A stretch of 28,668 bases of DNA from an uncultured bacterium (GTDB lineage Bacteria > CAIJMQ01), in NCBI GenBank assembly GCA_964573245.1, contig CAZNJA010000011.1, forward strand, positions 8,637 to 37,304, in the 5' to 3' direction. The first letter of the stretch is position 1. The number at the start of each line of letters is the position of its first letter. A program made the translations under genes and the position numbers. The notes beneath the pieces were generated by a model. That model did no database searches. It was not told the DNA's origin and saw only the letters and a list, made by a program, of their open reading frames with translations. Positions 1-8,122 of this stretch are shown piece after piece.

Positions 1-1016
1 CGCATTTCTTTAGCAACTTTATAATAAGGAAGATTATAATTATCCTGTATTTTTGATAATGAAGTTAAATAATATATGTAATCCTTTTTTATAATAGGCC
101 TATAAAGAGGAGATGTTAATAGATAACATAATAATCTTACATTCAAAGGATATTTCCAATCTTTTGGATCACCTAATGTTGCTTGTATCGTTATTAATCC
201 TGCCAGTTCTTTCCAGGAAACTTCACCTCGTATTAATTTCCCAAATCCCCAACCTCCAATAAGGACTCTTCCTCCATCCATACATTTAATAAAAGGTCCA
301 ATATCGTCATGATTAGAAAGTTCATTCATTATTAAAGTTATTTGTTCTGATGTGATACCTTTTGAATCCGCTATATCTTCAACGCATTCTATTATGATAT
401 TATCACAAGCAATTCTCATCAACTGTGAAATCAGGATTGGCTCGTCTTTCAGATGGTTAGCTATTTTAAAACCGACAGTAAGAGTATTAAACGCTTGTTC
501 TATATAACTTGATTCTGCTTCAAGTAAAGCTTTTATACAAAGCAATCTTTCTGCCTGTCGCATCGAGGAAAGATGTGGCAATGGCAATTCGGCACCTTTG
601 TCATACTCAAGATTGAAATTGCATTTAGGTTTTTGGGAACCTTCTTTAAGGAGAGAGTAAATTTCCTGCATTTCTTTGGAATTTACCAATTTAGGGATTT
701 CATTTTTTTGTTTATCAGTCCACTGAGAAATATCCGAGAAAGATTTAACATCCAAGATAGTCTCAATTGTTCTATTATAACTACCTCCCTCTCTTCCTGT
801 TTCCATAATAACAAATGCTTTGTTATAGAGGATCGCCGCATTTTCTTCGTCTGGAACCGGCGGGGAAATAATTTCGGCAATTGTAGTGGGTTTGCCTTGT
901 ACTTTCAGCTCATTAATCTTATTGTGAAGTTGGATGCTGAATGTAATATCAAGAATAATATATATTCCAATTAATACAGCTAATATAATACCCAATACTT
1001 TAAAAAACTTTTTCAT
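1..1016 (-). CDS. Membrane-anchored hypothetical protein, partial (3' end outside window)
   Basis: Hand translation from ATG at 1016 is open to the window edge (>338 codons): MKKFFKVLGIILAVLIGIYIILD...PPVPDEENAAILYNKA...CNFNLEYDKG..LPLPHLSSMRQAERLL...EPILISQLMRIA. One N-terminal TM/signal anchor. Absent from the ORF track because there is no stop in the window. Confidence 0.85.
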   Translation of the reverse strand, partial: MKKFFKVLGIILAVLIGIYIILDITFSIQLHNKINELKVQGKPTTIAEIISPPVPDEENAAILYNKAFVIMETGREGGSYNRTIETILDVKSFSDISQWTDKQKNEIPKLVNSKEMQEIYSLLKEGSQKPKCNFNLEYDKGAELPLPHLSSMRQAERLLCIKALLEAESSYIEQAFNTLTVGFKIANHLKDEPILISQLMRIACDNIIIECVEDIADSKGITSEQITLIMNELSNHDDIGPFIKCMDGGRVLIGGWGFGKLIRGEVSWKELAGLITIQATLGDPKDWKYPLNVRLLCYLLTSPLYRPIIKKDYIYYLTSLSKIQDNYNLPYYKVAKEM

Positions 1017-1034
1017 TGTTTATTTATCATTCCT

Positions 1035-1059
1035 GTCCGCCACTGAAACAACGGCGGAC
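1035..1059. repeat. REP-like GC hairpin
   Basis: gtccgcc-actgaaacaac-ggcggac, perfect 7-bp stem; shares ccgccact with the copies at 1087 and 2123. Confidence 0.6.
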
Positions 1060-1086
1060 TCGCATGTCTATCATTAAAGTTTATTG

Positions 1087-1114
1087 AGCCCGCCACTACT
1101 ACTTTGGCGAGGCT
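1087..1114. repeat. REP-like GC hairpin overlapping the larB stop
   Basis: agcccgccactactactttggcgaggct; nearly the same as 2123-2157; encodes the last larB codons (ASPK*). Confidence 0.7.
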
Positions 1115-1866
1115 GGAATGCTTGTCAGCATTCCAGCAAAATATCCCGCCCCAAATCCGTTATCAATATTGACAACAGTTATTCCCGGAGAACAGCTGTT
1201 TAGCATTGTAAGCAGAGCGGCTAAACCTTCAAAACTTGAGCCGTAACCTATACTCGTGGGAACTGCTATAACGGGTTTATCAACCAATCCCGCAACTACA
1301 CTGGGAAGGGCGCCTTCCATGCCCGCAACAACGATTAAGACACTTGCTTTGGACAACTTGTCCTGATGGTCTAAAACACGATGTATTCCCGCAACTCCCA
1401 CATCGTATAAACGTTCTACGCTATTACCCATAAGTTCCGCCGTAACTGCGGCTTCTTCGGCTACGGGAATATCGGCAGTTCCTGCAGTTATTACAAGGAC
1501 AGTTTTACTTGCCCGCCTTCGCTGAAGCTTCGGCGGACGAGGCGGGCACGCAACAATGCGTGCCTCCTCGAAATACACTGCATCGGGAATAACTTCTTTT
1601 ATTGCTTTAAAAACTTCTTTGCTTGCTCTTGCCGCCATAAGTTCTTTCTTATTGGTTTTGGCAACAATCTTCTTTATTTGTTCAATCGTTTTACCTTCGC
1701 AGAATATAACTTCGGGAAAACCCCGTCTTAAACTCCTATGAGTGTCAATCTTGGCAAAACCGAGGTCCTTATAAGGAAGAGATTTTAACTTACCAATAGC
1801 TTTATCAAGACTTGTTTTACCGCTCTTAACGTCTTGTAGTATTTTCCTTAGTTCCGATCTATTCAT
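1099..1866 (-). CDS. larB: Nickel-pincer cofactor biosynthesis carboxylase/hydrolase LarB
   Basis: GFAKIDTHRSLRRGFPEVIFCEGK, TAGTADIPVAEEA, DVGVAGIHR, VAGMEGALPSVV, PTSIGYG, MLNSCSPG, VVNIDNGFGAG; adjacent to larE. Confidence 0.95.
   Translation of the reverse strand: MNRSELRKILQDVKSGKTSLDKAIGKLKSLPYKDLGFAKIDTHRSLRRGFPEVIFCEGKTIEQIKKIVAKTNKKELMAARASKEVFKAIKEVIPDAVYFEEARIVACPPRPPKLQRRRASKTVLVITAGTADIPVAEEAAVTAELMGNSVERLYDVGVAGIHRVLDHQDKLSKASVLIVVAGMEGALPSVVAGLVDKPVIAVPTSIGYGSSFEGLAALLTMLNSCSPGITVVNIDNGFGAGYFAGMLTSIPASPK
1510..1548. repeat. REP-like palindrome inserted in frame in larB
   Basis: tgcccgcct-t-cgctgaagcttcggcg-gacg-aggcgggca; GC-rich island in an AT-rich gene, translated as CPPRPPKLQRRRA. 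Confidence 0.8.
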
Positions 1867-1875
1867 CTCTTCCTT

Positions 1876-1976
1876 AAATTAAATATTAAAAATTAAATAG
1901 CAAAATGACACTGCAAATTTTAATAATTTTAAATTTTAAATTGTAATTTTGATTTTTGCATTTTGATTTTTGATTT
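1876..1976. repeat. 7-nt periodic imperfect inverted repeat element
   Basis: Left arm aaattaa atattaa aaattaa atagcaa aatgaca; reverse complement of right arm aaatcaa aaatcaa aatgcaa aaatcaa aattaca atttaaa atttaaa; homologous to 9846-10141. Confidence 0.75.
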
Positions 1977-2797
1977 ATTATTCTATTCATACTCCCTGTT
2001 CTATATCCTTGTAAATCAAGAGTAATGTAATGGTATCCTAATTTGGTTAACTTCTCAATAATTTTTGTTCTGTTTTTCAGGACCAAAGGTATGTCTTTTT
2101 TTAATACTTCAATTCTTGCTGTAACCTGCCCGCCACTACCAACTGGCGAGGCAAGTTCTCTTAATCGAACTTGCCCTATTCCCAAACTCCTCAAAAATTC
2201 TTCCGCCTTTTCAATCCGTTTCAGTTTCGCTGTAGTAATCTTCACGCCATAGGGTATTCTGGATGCAAGACACGCATTAGATGGTTTATCCCATGTTGAC
2301 AGAGCTAATTTTTTAGAAAGTATTCTTATTTCTTCTTTTGTAAGTTTTACTTCAAGTAATGGGCTTTTTATATCCAGTTCAAGGAGCGCTTTTTTCCCCG
2401 GGCGGAAATCGTTCAAATCATCATAGTTTGAACCTTCTACAACATAGGATATACCTTTCTTTTTGGCTATTTCTTTTAACCTGGAAAATAAATCTTTCTT
2501 GCAGATATAACATTTATCCTGGGGATTTTTTACAAACTGGGGATTTGATAACGCGTTAACTGTAAGGATGATATGCTTTACACCTAATTTACGGGTCAGC
2601 TTTTTTGCGTCTTTAAGTTCAAACGCAGGATTAATCTGGGAATTCAAGGTCACTGCAACTGCTTTATCACCGAGAATATCTTTGGCGATTTTAAGTAAAA
2701 AAGCGCTGTCAACACCGCCTGAAAAAGCGACAAGGACACTTCCGTAACTTTTAAGAATTTGTTCTAAACGAACTTGTTTTTCGCGCAGGTTTTCCAT
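1886..2797 (-). CDS. larE: ATP-dependent sulfur transferase LarE (PP-loop)
   Basis: AFSGGVDS PP-loop, CYICK, EGSNYDDLNDFRPG, ACLASRIPYG, LDLQGYRTGSMN; the C-terminal ~30 aa derive from a repeat. Confidence 0.95.
   Translation of the reverse strand: MENLREKQVRLEQILKSYGSVLVAFSGGVDSAFLLKIAKDILGDKAVAVTLNSQINPAFELKDAKKLTRKLGVKHIILTVNALSNPQFVKNPQDKCYICKKDLFSRLKEIAKKKGISYVVEGSNYDDLNDFRPGKKALLELDIKSPLLEVKLTKEEIRILSKKLALSTWDKPSNACLASRIPYGVKITTAKLKRIEKAEEFLRSLGIGQVRLRELASPVGSGGQVTARIEVLKKDIPLVLKNRTKIIEKLTKLGYHYITLDLQGYRTGSMNRIINQKSKCKNQNYNLKFKIIKICSVILLFNF
2123..2157. repeat. REP-like hairpin inserted in frame in larE
   Basis: aacctgcccgccactaccaactggcgaggcaagtt; translated as ELASPVGSGGQV between VRLR and ARIEV. 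Confidence 0.75.
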
Positions 2798-2880
2798 TGA
2801 TTTTTATTGGTGATTAATATTGTATTGTTTTTTTCAGTAAGCGTCAAAAAATAGAGAAGAATAGATAAGGTTCTTGTTTT

Positions 2881-2918
2881 TGTAATCGCTGTAATCGTTT
2901 AGAAATCTCTGTAATCAT
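2881..2918. repeat. Short ~9-nt periodic tandem repeat
   Basis: tgtaatcgc tgtaatcgt tt agaaatctc tgtaatcat between the transporter ATPase and larE. Confidence 0.45.
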
Positions 2919-2928
2919 GTAATTATAA

Positions 2929-3654
2929 TTACTGCAGAGAATACGGCATTTCAAGCTCGTGCGCTTCCAACAAGAACTTATCACTCAGGAGAACCTTAGT
3001 GTTTCCCCGGGAAACGATAATGCCTTTATCCAGAATAATAACTTTAAGACAAGTTTCAAGCACTAATTCCAAATCATGCGTAGCGATTATTTTAGTATGC
3101 TTGGATTTTTTAATTAAATTGAGCAGTTTGCGCCTATGCTTGGGGTCGAGGTTGCTTGTGGGTTCGTCCATGGCAAGGATTTCCGGCTCCATAGAAAGGA
3201 CCGTTGCAAATGACACTCTCTTTTTCTCACCGAAGCTTAAATGATGAGCAAGTTTATCTTTGGCTTTCAGCATATCAACTTCATTTAGCGCTTTTTGGAC
3301 CAATTCAGGAAGTTTTTCTTTAGACACATTCATATTTATAGGGCCGAAAGCGACATCATCAAAAACAGTAGGCATAAACAGCTGGCTGTCGGGGTCTTGG
3401 AATATGAGCCCTACTTTACTGCGTATCTTGGACAAATTCTTCTCATTAATTTCCATTCCGCAAATTTTTACAACCCCTTCCCCCTGTAAAATGCCGTTCA
3501 GATGTAATAACAGGGTAGTTTTTCCGGCGCCGTTAGGGCCTATTATGCCAACAGATTCCCCTTCAAATATCTCAAGGTTAATTTTTGAAAGCGCAGTTGT
3601 CTTGTCGGGGTAAGAATAACTTAAATTTTTTATTTCTATAATTTTTTTAGACAT
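2929..3654 (-). CDS. cbiO: ECF transporter ATPase (NikO/CbiO)
   Basis: GPNGAGKT, FQDPDSQLFMPTVFDDVAFG, LSFGEKKR, DEPTSNLD, IATHD. Confidence 0.93.
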   Translation of the reverse strand: MSKKIIEIKNLSYSYPDKTTALSKINLEIFEGESVGIIGPNGAGKTTLLLHLNGILQGEGVVKICGMEINEKNLSKIRSKVGLIFQDPDSQLFMPTVFDDVAFGPINMNVSKEKLPELVQKALNEVDMLKAKDKLAHHLSFGEKKRVSFATVLSMEPEILAMDEPTSNLDPKHRRKLLNLIKKSKHTKIIATHDLELVLETCLKVIILDKGIIVSRGNTKVLLSDKFLLEAHELEMPYSLQ

Positions 3655-3655
3655 A

Positions 3656-4426
3656 TCACGCTATAAAAAATCTTATGCAGCCCAAGACAGTAAACATCAT
3701 AATGAACAAAGCAACATCAGATTTTTTTATACACATTTCGTCGATTGTTTTTATATCTCCATTGTAACCTCTTGCGCACATTGCAAGATAAACAACTTCT
3801 CCCTTTTCATAGGATTTCATAAAAAGAACACCCAGCATATTAGAGAGTGTTTTAATATGAAACCATCGCGAACCGCCGATAGAACGCGCTTTTTTTGCCC
3901 GCAGCATAATTTCGAATTCATCGGTAATTACAAAAATATAGCGGTACATAAAAGACAATATCATGACAAAGACCTGGGGAACTTTAAGACGCTCAAGCGC
4001 TTTTAGAAACTCTGTGAACTTAGTGGTAGATACAAGTAATGTAACCATAACGACGGATAAAAAAGCTTTAATTAAAACGTTCCAGAAAATGAATAGTCCG
4101 TCATATGTAACGGTTAAGTTTAAACTCCCGAAAGAATATGCTCCGGCGATTTGTCCTTTTTTCATGAAGGGTATGAATATGGCGACCATTAAAACAAAGG
4201 GGATAATTACTAATGAGCGCATTAGCATAAAACGTAAAGGCACTTTTGACAGAATTGTCAAAAGTGCCAGTAATATGCCGTATGCAACAAAAGCCCATAA
4301 TGAAGTCGGCGGTGTGAAGATAACAAAAAGAATAAAGCCCACAGAAATAATAATCTTTAGGCGGGGGTCAATATTATGTAAAGGGCTTCTTAAATCCCAA
4401 TATTTGTCAATATAGGAATGATGCAT
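3656..4426 (-). CDS. cbiQ: ECF transporter T component (NikQ/CbiQ)
   Basis: SPLHNIDPRLK, FMYRYIF, AKKAR and AMCARGY Arg motifs, several TM helices. Confidence 0.93.
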   Translation of the reverse strand: MHHSYIDKYWDLRSPLHNIDPRLKIIISVGFILFVIFTPPTSLWAFVAYGILLALLTILSKVPLRFMLMRSLVIIPFVLMVAIFIPFMKKGQIAGAYSFGSLNLTVTYDGLFIFWNVLIKAFLSVVMVTLLVSTTKFTEFLKALERLKVPQVFVMILSFMYRYIFVITDEFEIMLRAKKARSIGGSRWFHIKTLSNMLGVLFMKSYEKGEVVYLAMCARGYNGDIKTIDEMCIKKSDVALFIMMFTVLGCIRFFIA

Positions 4427-4440
4427 ACGGCATAGTCTCC

Positions 4441-4722
4441 TTATCTTTTTAACAGAGTTGCTACTCCATAACCCATGCCGAAAACGAACAGTGTGCCCAT
4501 GATTCCCGCTAAAGAAGTTGCTACTTTTTCGCTTTTAACTCCGGGCCAGGTATAATCGGGGATAGGAGAAGTAAGAGATGGTTGTACCTCTCCCTTTTCC
4601 AAAAACCCTTTATCTTCTGCTACTTTCTCCAAACCGTCAGGCCATGAAGAAGCAAAAGGAGAAAGTAATATTGCTAAAAGTAATGCCGTCAATAAACCAA
4701 AAATTATATTTTTTTTATTCAT
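4441..4722 (-). CDS. PDGLE-domain accessory subunit (NikN-like)
   Basis: ASSWPDGLEKVA motif, two TM helices, located between the M and Q genes. Confidence 0.88.
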   Translation of the reverse strand: MNKKNIIFGLLTALLLAILLSPFASSWPDGLEKVAEDKGFLEKGEVQPSLTSPIPDYTWPGVKSEKVATSLAGIMGTLFVFGMGYGVATLLKR

Positions 4723-4723
4723 C

Positions 4724-5365
4724 TTATTTCTCCTCTTTATAATTGAAAATCAAGTCGGGGCGCACCTTAAGGACAAATCCCACGACCAAACATGTAATTA
4801 TAGCTTCCCCTATTCCTATTAATATATGTACTCCTACCATAGCGGGAAGCGCAATATTAAGAGGCGATGTGCCTGAAAGCGCAAGTTCCAACGCGCATAC
4901 AATGGAAGCAAGCACTACTGAAAACCAACTTGCTACGGCAGCACCTGTCATAACACCTTTTGAACCGCCTATTTTTTTCGCTAACAGGCGATATATGAAG
5001 TAGCCAACAACAGCGCCGACAAATGCCATATTAAATATATTAGCTCCCAAAGTGGTAAGTCCGCCGTCCTGAAATATCAGGCATTGTATTATCAATACAC
5101 AAGATATTACAATTGCTCCGGCACAGGGTCCAAGTAATACGGCAGCAAGAACACCACCCAAAAGATGTCCTGAAGTCCCCCCAGCTACCGGGAAATTAAG
5201 CATTTGTGCCGCAAATATAAATGCAGACATAACACCCATTAATGGGACCATTTTATCTTTTAGTATCTGTCTTACTTTTTTAACACAGTATGAAAGTCCT
5301 CCGACAGAAAACAACCATGTAACACTCCACACCTGCGGAGATAAGAACCCATCCGGTATATGCAT
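4724..5365 (-). CDS. cbiM: ECF substrate-binding component NikM/CbiM, probably nickel
   Basis: N-terminal MHIPDG, FIFAAQMLNFP, GTSGHLLGG, FQDGGLTTLGAN; RBS AAGGAGG. Confidence 0.93.
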   Translation of the reverse strand: MHIPDGFLSPQVWSVTWLFSVGGLSYCVKKVRQILKDKMVPLMGVMSAFIFAAQMLNFPVAGGTSGHLLGGVLAAVLLGPCAGAIVISCVLIIQCLIFQDGGLTTLGANIFNMAFVGAVVGYFIYRLLAKKIGGSKGVMTGAAVASWFSVVLASIVCALELALSGTSPLNIALPAMVGVHILIGIGEAIITCLVVGFVLKVRPDLIFNYKEEK

Positions 5366-5404
5366 TTAACTCCTCCTTTATTAGATATTGGAAATTTCGG
5401 CGGG

Positions 5405-5434
5405 ATTATAGCACAAATGTTAAAATCGTGCTAC
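5405..5434 (-). promoter_or_regulatory. Promoter of the nik-lar operon overlapped by a candidate NikR operator
   Basis: TAGCAC-N13-GTGCTA perfect half-site palindrome (5409-5433) overlapping TG-N-TATAAT (5405-5410) on the minus strand; nikR lies ~5.6 kb away. Confidence 0.7.
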
Positions 5435-5567
5435 TAAGATTGAAAAGGGAGTTTAACAAACTAAAAAAGGGATTGCAAGGATTTTGAAGAAAAGATTATG
5501 GGAATAATAGTAACCCAAGCATAAAAAGAGAATCTGTGTTTCTATGACTCCATCACAAGTATTTGCT

Positions 5568-6569
5568 TTATATCTTAGTAACGCTATTATTAGAAGAAGG
5601 GAGAAAGAATTTTTTTACATACAACATATACACGATAATAACAAGAGCCCAGAACAGAGGGTACCATGTCATATTAAAGTTCTTGAGTATGCCTGTTTGT
5701 TTTATAAATTCTAGTTGCTGCTCGGGAAAGTTCATTTTTTGATACAACTCAAGCAAACTTATGCGAGAGAATGTAATTATTGTTGATAATGTCCCGATAA
5801 CGGTTACTGCAACTGCAGACCACCATGCTGTAATTCGGAGTTTATAGATACCTACTGCAATATATATAAGTAGTAGGAGAATAATAAAAAGAATCACTGC
5901 ACCAACAGCCCCGCTTATTAGGGAACCAAAAAACGCAACTAAAAAGTTATAAGATGCCATTTGTATTATTGAAATTGAGCTAACGGCAAAGAGAAAACTT
6001 AAACCCAGAACCGGTAATGGGCACTTGTCGGTCCAATCGGGAGCAGGGTTTCTTGACTGGCAAGTAGCTTTTACATTTTTGCTCCCATAGAAGAGAATAG
6101 TAATACCCGGAATAACAATATAAAAAATAGCCATAAATACTATTGTTACAATTTTCACAATAGTTATTGCAGCGGAGGGCATTTGTCCATTAACAGCTAT
6201 CTGGGAATACATCTTTGGCATAAAACCCAGCCAGAATATAAATCCCACTGTCCCGGATATAAACCAAAGCCATGATGAGATAAGCACAAGCGCTCTTGCC
6301 CATCTGCGCGCTTTAATAGAACCAATACCCATAGATATAAACCACGCAGCAAGTAAAAGATATAAAATAATAGCTTGAGCCATTATCTGAGGGGTAATCG
6401 GCATTGCATTAGACTTACCAGCCACAAATGAAGAAACCATAACACCAAACACTGCAAGAAGGCAAAACGAACTAAAAAGGATTTGAATTATTCCAAAGGC
6501 TATAAGCCAGCCTTTTCTATCCTTAAAACCAGGGGTTGAAGCATTTTCCGTCTTTTCATCCTCCGTCAT
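5568..6569 (-). CDS. Polytopic membrane hypothetical protein
   Basis: 333 aa, about 8 hydrophobic helices, RBS AAGGAGG. Confidence 0.85.
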   Translation of the reverse strand: MTEDEKTENASTPGFKDRKGWLIAFGIIQILFSSFCLLAVFGVMVSSFVAGKSNAMPITPQIMAQAIILYLLLAAWFISMGIGSIKARRWARALVLISSWLWFISGTVGFIFWLGFMPKMYSQIAVNGQMPSAAITIVKIVTIVFMAIFYIVIPGITILFYGSKNVKATCQSRNPAPDWTDKCPLPVLGLSFLFAVSSISIIQMASYNFLVAFFGSLISGAVGAVILFIILLLLIYIAVGIYKLRITAWWSAVAVTVIGTLSTIITFSRISLLELYQKMNFPEQQLEFIKQTGILKNFNMTWYPLFWALVIIVYMLYVKKFFLPSSNNSVTKI

Positions 6570-6598
6570 ATTTAACCCTCCTTAATGTTAGTTGAATT

Positions 6599-6886
6599 TT
6601 AACTGGGAATCCAAATGCTTTTTGCTTTAACAATTTCGGCGCCGGATAACATTAACTCAGTTTTGGATTTGGAGAAAAACACCAAACCTTTATAGCTCAT
6701 AAGATATTGATGATTGCCTGTAAAAAAATTTCCTTTGGCGTATACAACGAGAGGTTTTTCCATTTTCATAAGAATCTTCTGGAAATCTTGCGGCTCTACC
6801 TGGACAATTGCTCCCGAAGCTTTGATTGCATTTGCAATTGTTGCGTAATATGAAGCCACTCCCGCCGCACCTGCTCCATTAGACAT
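6599..6886 (-). CDS. Small hypothetical protein
   Basis: 95 aa ORF with G-rich RBS, co-oriented between ilvC and the membrane protein. Confidence 0.75.
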   Translation of the reverse strand: MSNGAGAAGVASYYATIANAIKASGAIVQVEPQDFQKILMKMEKPLVVYAKGNFFTGNHQYLMSYKGLVFFSKSKTELMLSGAEIVKAKSIWIPS

Positions 6887-6927
6887 GTATTCCCCCCTTT
6901 ATTCATAAAAGGAAATAACACTAAAAA

Positions 6928-8028
6928 TTAGTTGGATTTTCTTCCGCCAATACCTTTGGTTGCTTTAGAAATTTTCTTTGCAGGTTCTTTAGGTCTTAAA
7001 GCGCGGGTGGCTTTGCCAGCCAGCCACATTTCGGAATTGCCTATTACCTGTAATTCTTTTGTAAGTTGTTTTTGATAGTCGGGCTTACCGCATGCCGACA
7101 AAACCCTTGCAGTCTCCGCGCCGCTTGCCACTCTCTTATAAAGCTCATTAAAAACCGGCAATACCGCGTCTCTAAATTTTGGTTTCCAATCTAAAGCTCC
7201 GCGCTGTGCCGTAGCCGAACAGTTTGCATACATCCAATCCATACCGTTTTCGCTTACAAGACGGATTAAACTTTCGGTTAATTCCTCAACCGTTTCGTTG
7301 AATGCTTCACTCGGGCTATGCCCGTGTTTTCTAAGGACTTTATACTGCGCTTCCATAATGCCGGCCAAAGCGCCCATAAGAACACCGCGTTCGCCGGTTA
7401 AATCACTATACACTTCTTTTTTGAAAGTCGTAGGGAATAAATATCCTGCGCCGATGGCAATGCCTAAAGCCATACAACGCTCTTTTGCGTGACCTGTGAA
7501 ATCTTGTTCAACGGCAAAACTTGCGTTAATCCCCGCGCCTGAAAGGAAATTTCTTCTAAGCGATGTGCCTGAACCTTTAGGTGCAACCATAATCACATCA
7601 ACATTTTTTGGGGGAATGATTTTCGTCTGGTCCTTATATACAATGGAAAACCCGTGCGAAAAATATAAAGCATTGCCAGGATTTAGACATTTTTTTATAA
7701 CGGGCCAAATAGCTTTTTGCGCCGCGTCCGAAACCAGCATTTCGATGATAGTTCCTTTTTTTGCGGCTTCTTCCATATCAAACAAATTTTTCCCGGGTTT
7801 CCACCCGTCTTTTTTTGCTCTGTCCCAATCTTTCTTGAATTTTTTAGATTGTCCGATAATAACATTGAACCCGTTATCTTTCATATTCAGTGATTGCGCC
7901 GGTCCCTGAACTCCGTACCCTATCACTGCAATTGTTTCATTTTTTAGAATCCTGCGCGCTTTTGACATGGGAAATTCTTTGCGCATAACAACTTCTTCTT
8001 TTACTCCGCCAAAATTTATTTTTGCCAT
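6928..8028 (-). CDS. ilvC: Ketol-acid reductoisomerase
   Basis: IAVIGYGVQGPAQSLN, FSHGF, VAPKGSG, SDLTGERGVLMG, EAFNETVEE, CSATAQRGA. Confidence 0.96.
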   Translation of the reverse strand: MAKINFGGVKEEVVMRKEFPMSKARRILKNETIAVIGYGVQGPAQSLNMKDNGFNVIIGQSKKFKKDWDRAKKDGWKPGKNLFDMEEAAKKGTIIEMLVSDAAQKAIWPVIKKCLNPGNALYFSHGFSIVYKDQTKIIPPKNVDVIMVAPKGSGTSLRRNFLSGAGINASFAVEQDFTGHAKERCMALGIAIGAGYLFPTTFKKEVYSDLTGERGVLMGALAGIMEAQYKVLRKHGHSPSEAFNETVEELTESLIRLVSENGMDWMYANCSATAQRGALDWKPKFRDAVLPVFNELYKRVASGAETARVLSACGKPDYQKQLTKELQVIGNSEMWLAGKATRALRPKEPAKKISKATKGIGGRKSN

Positions 8029-8122
8029 AATATAGAACCTCCTTTTGTTTTTAAAATGTGTATAAAGTATATCATAATTTAGTTATGGATTAGAGTTTTT
8101 GTAATCGTTTAAGATGAAATTT

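Noticed and set aside
573-974. 133-aa plus-strand ORF and 683-880 minus-strand ORF
   Set aside because: Shadows of the longer minus-strand frame 1016..<1, which has a signal anchor and protein-like composition.
5366-5567. Cobalamin riboswitch upstream of the cbiM-like gene
   Set aside because: No B12-box or GGGAA-containing structured core is evident, and the leader from the predicted promoter is too short; the palindromic operator fits NikR control better.
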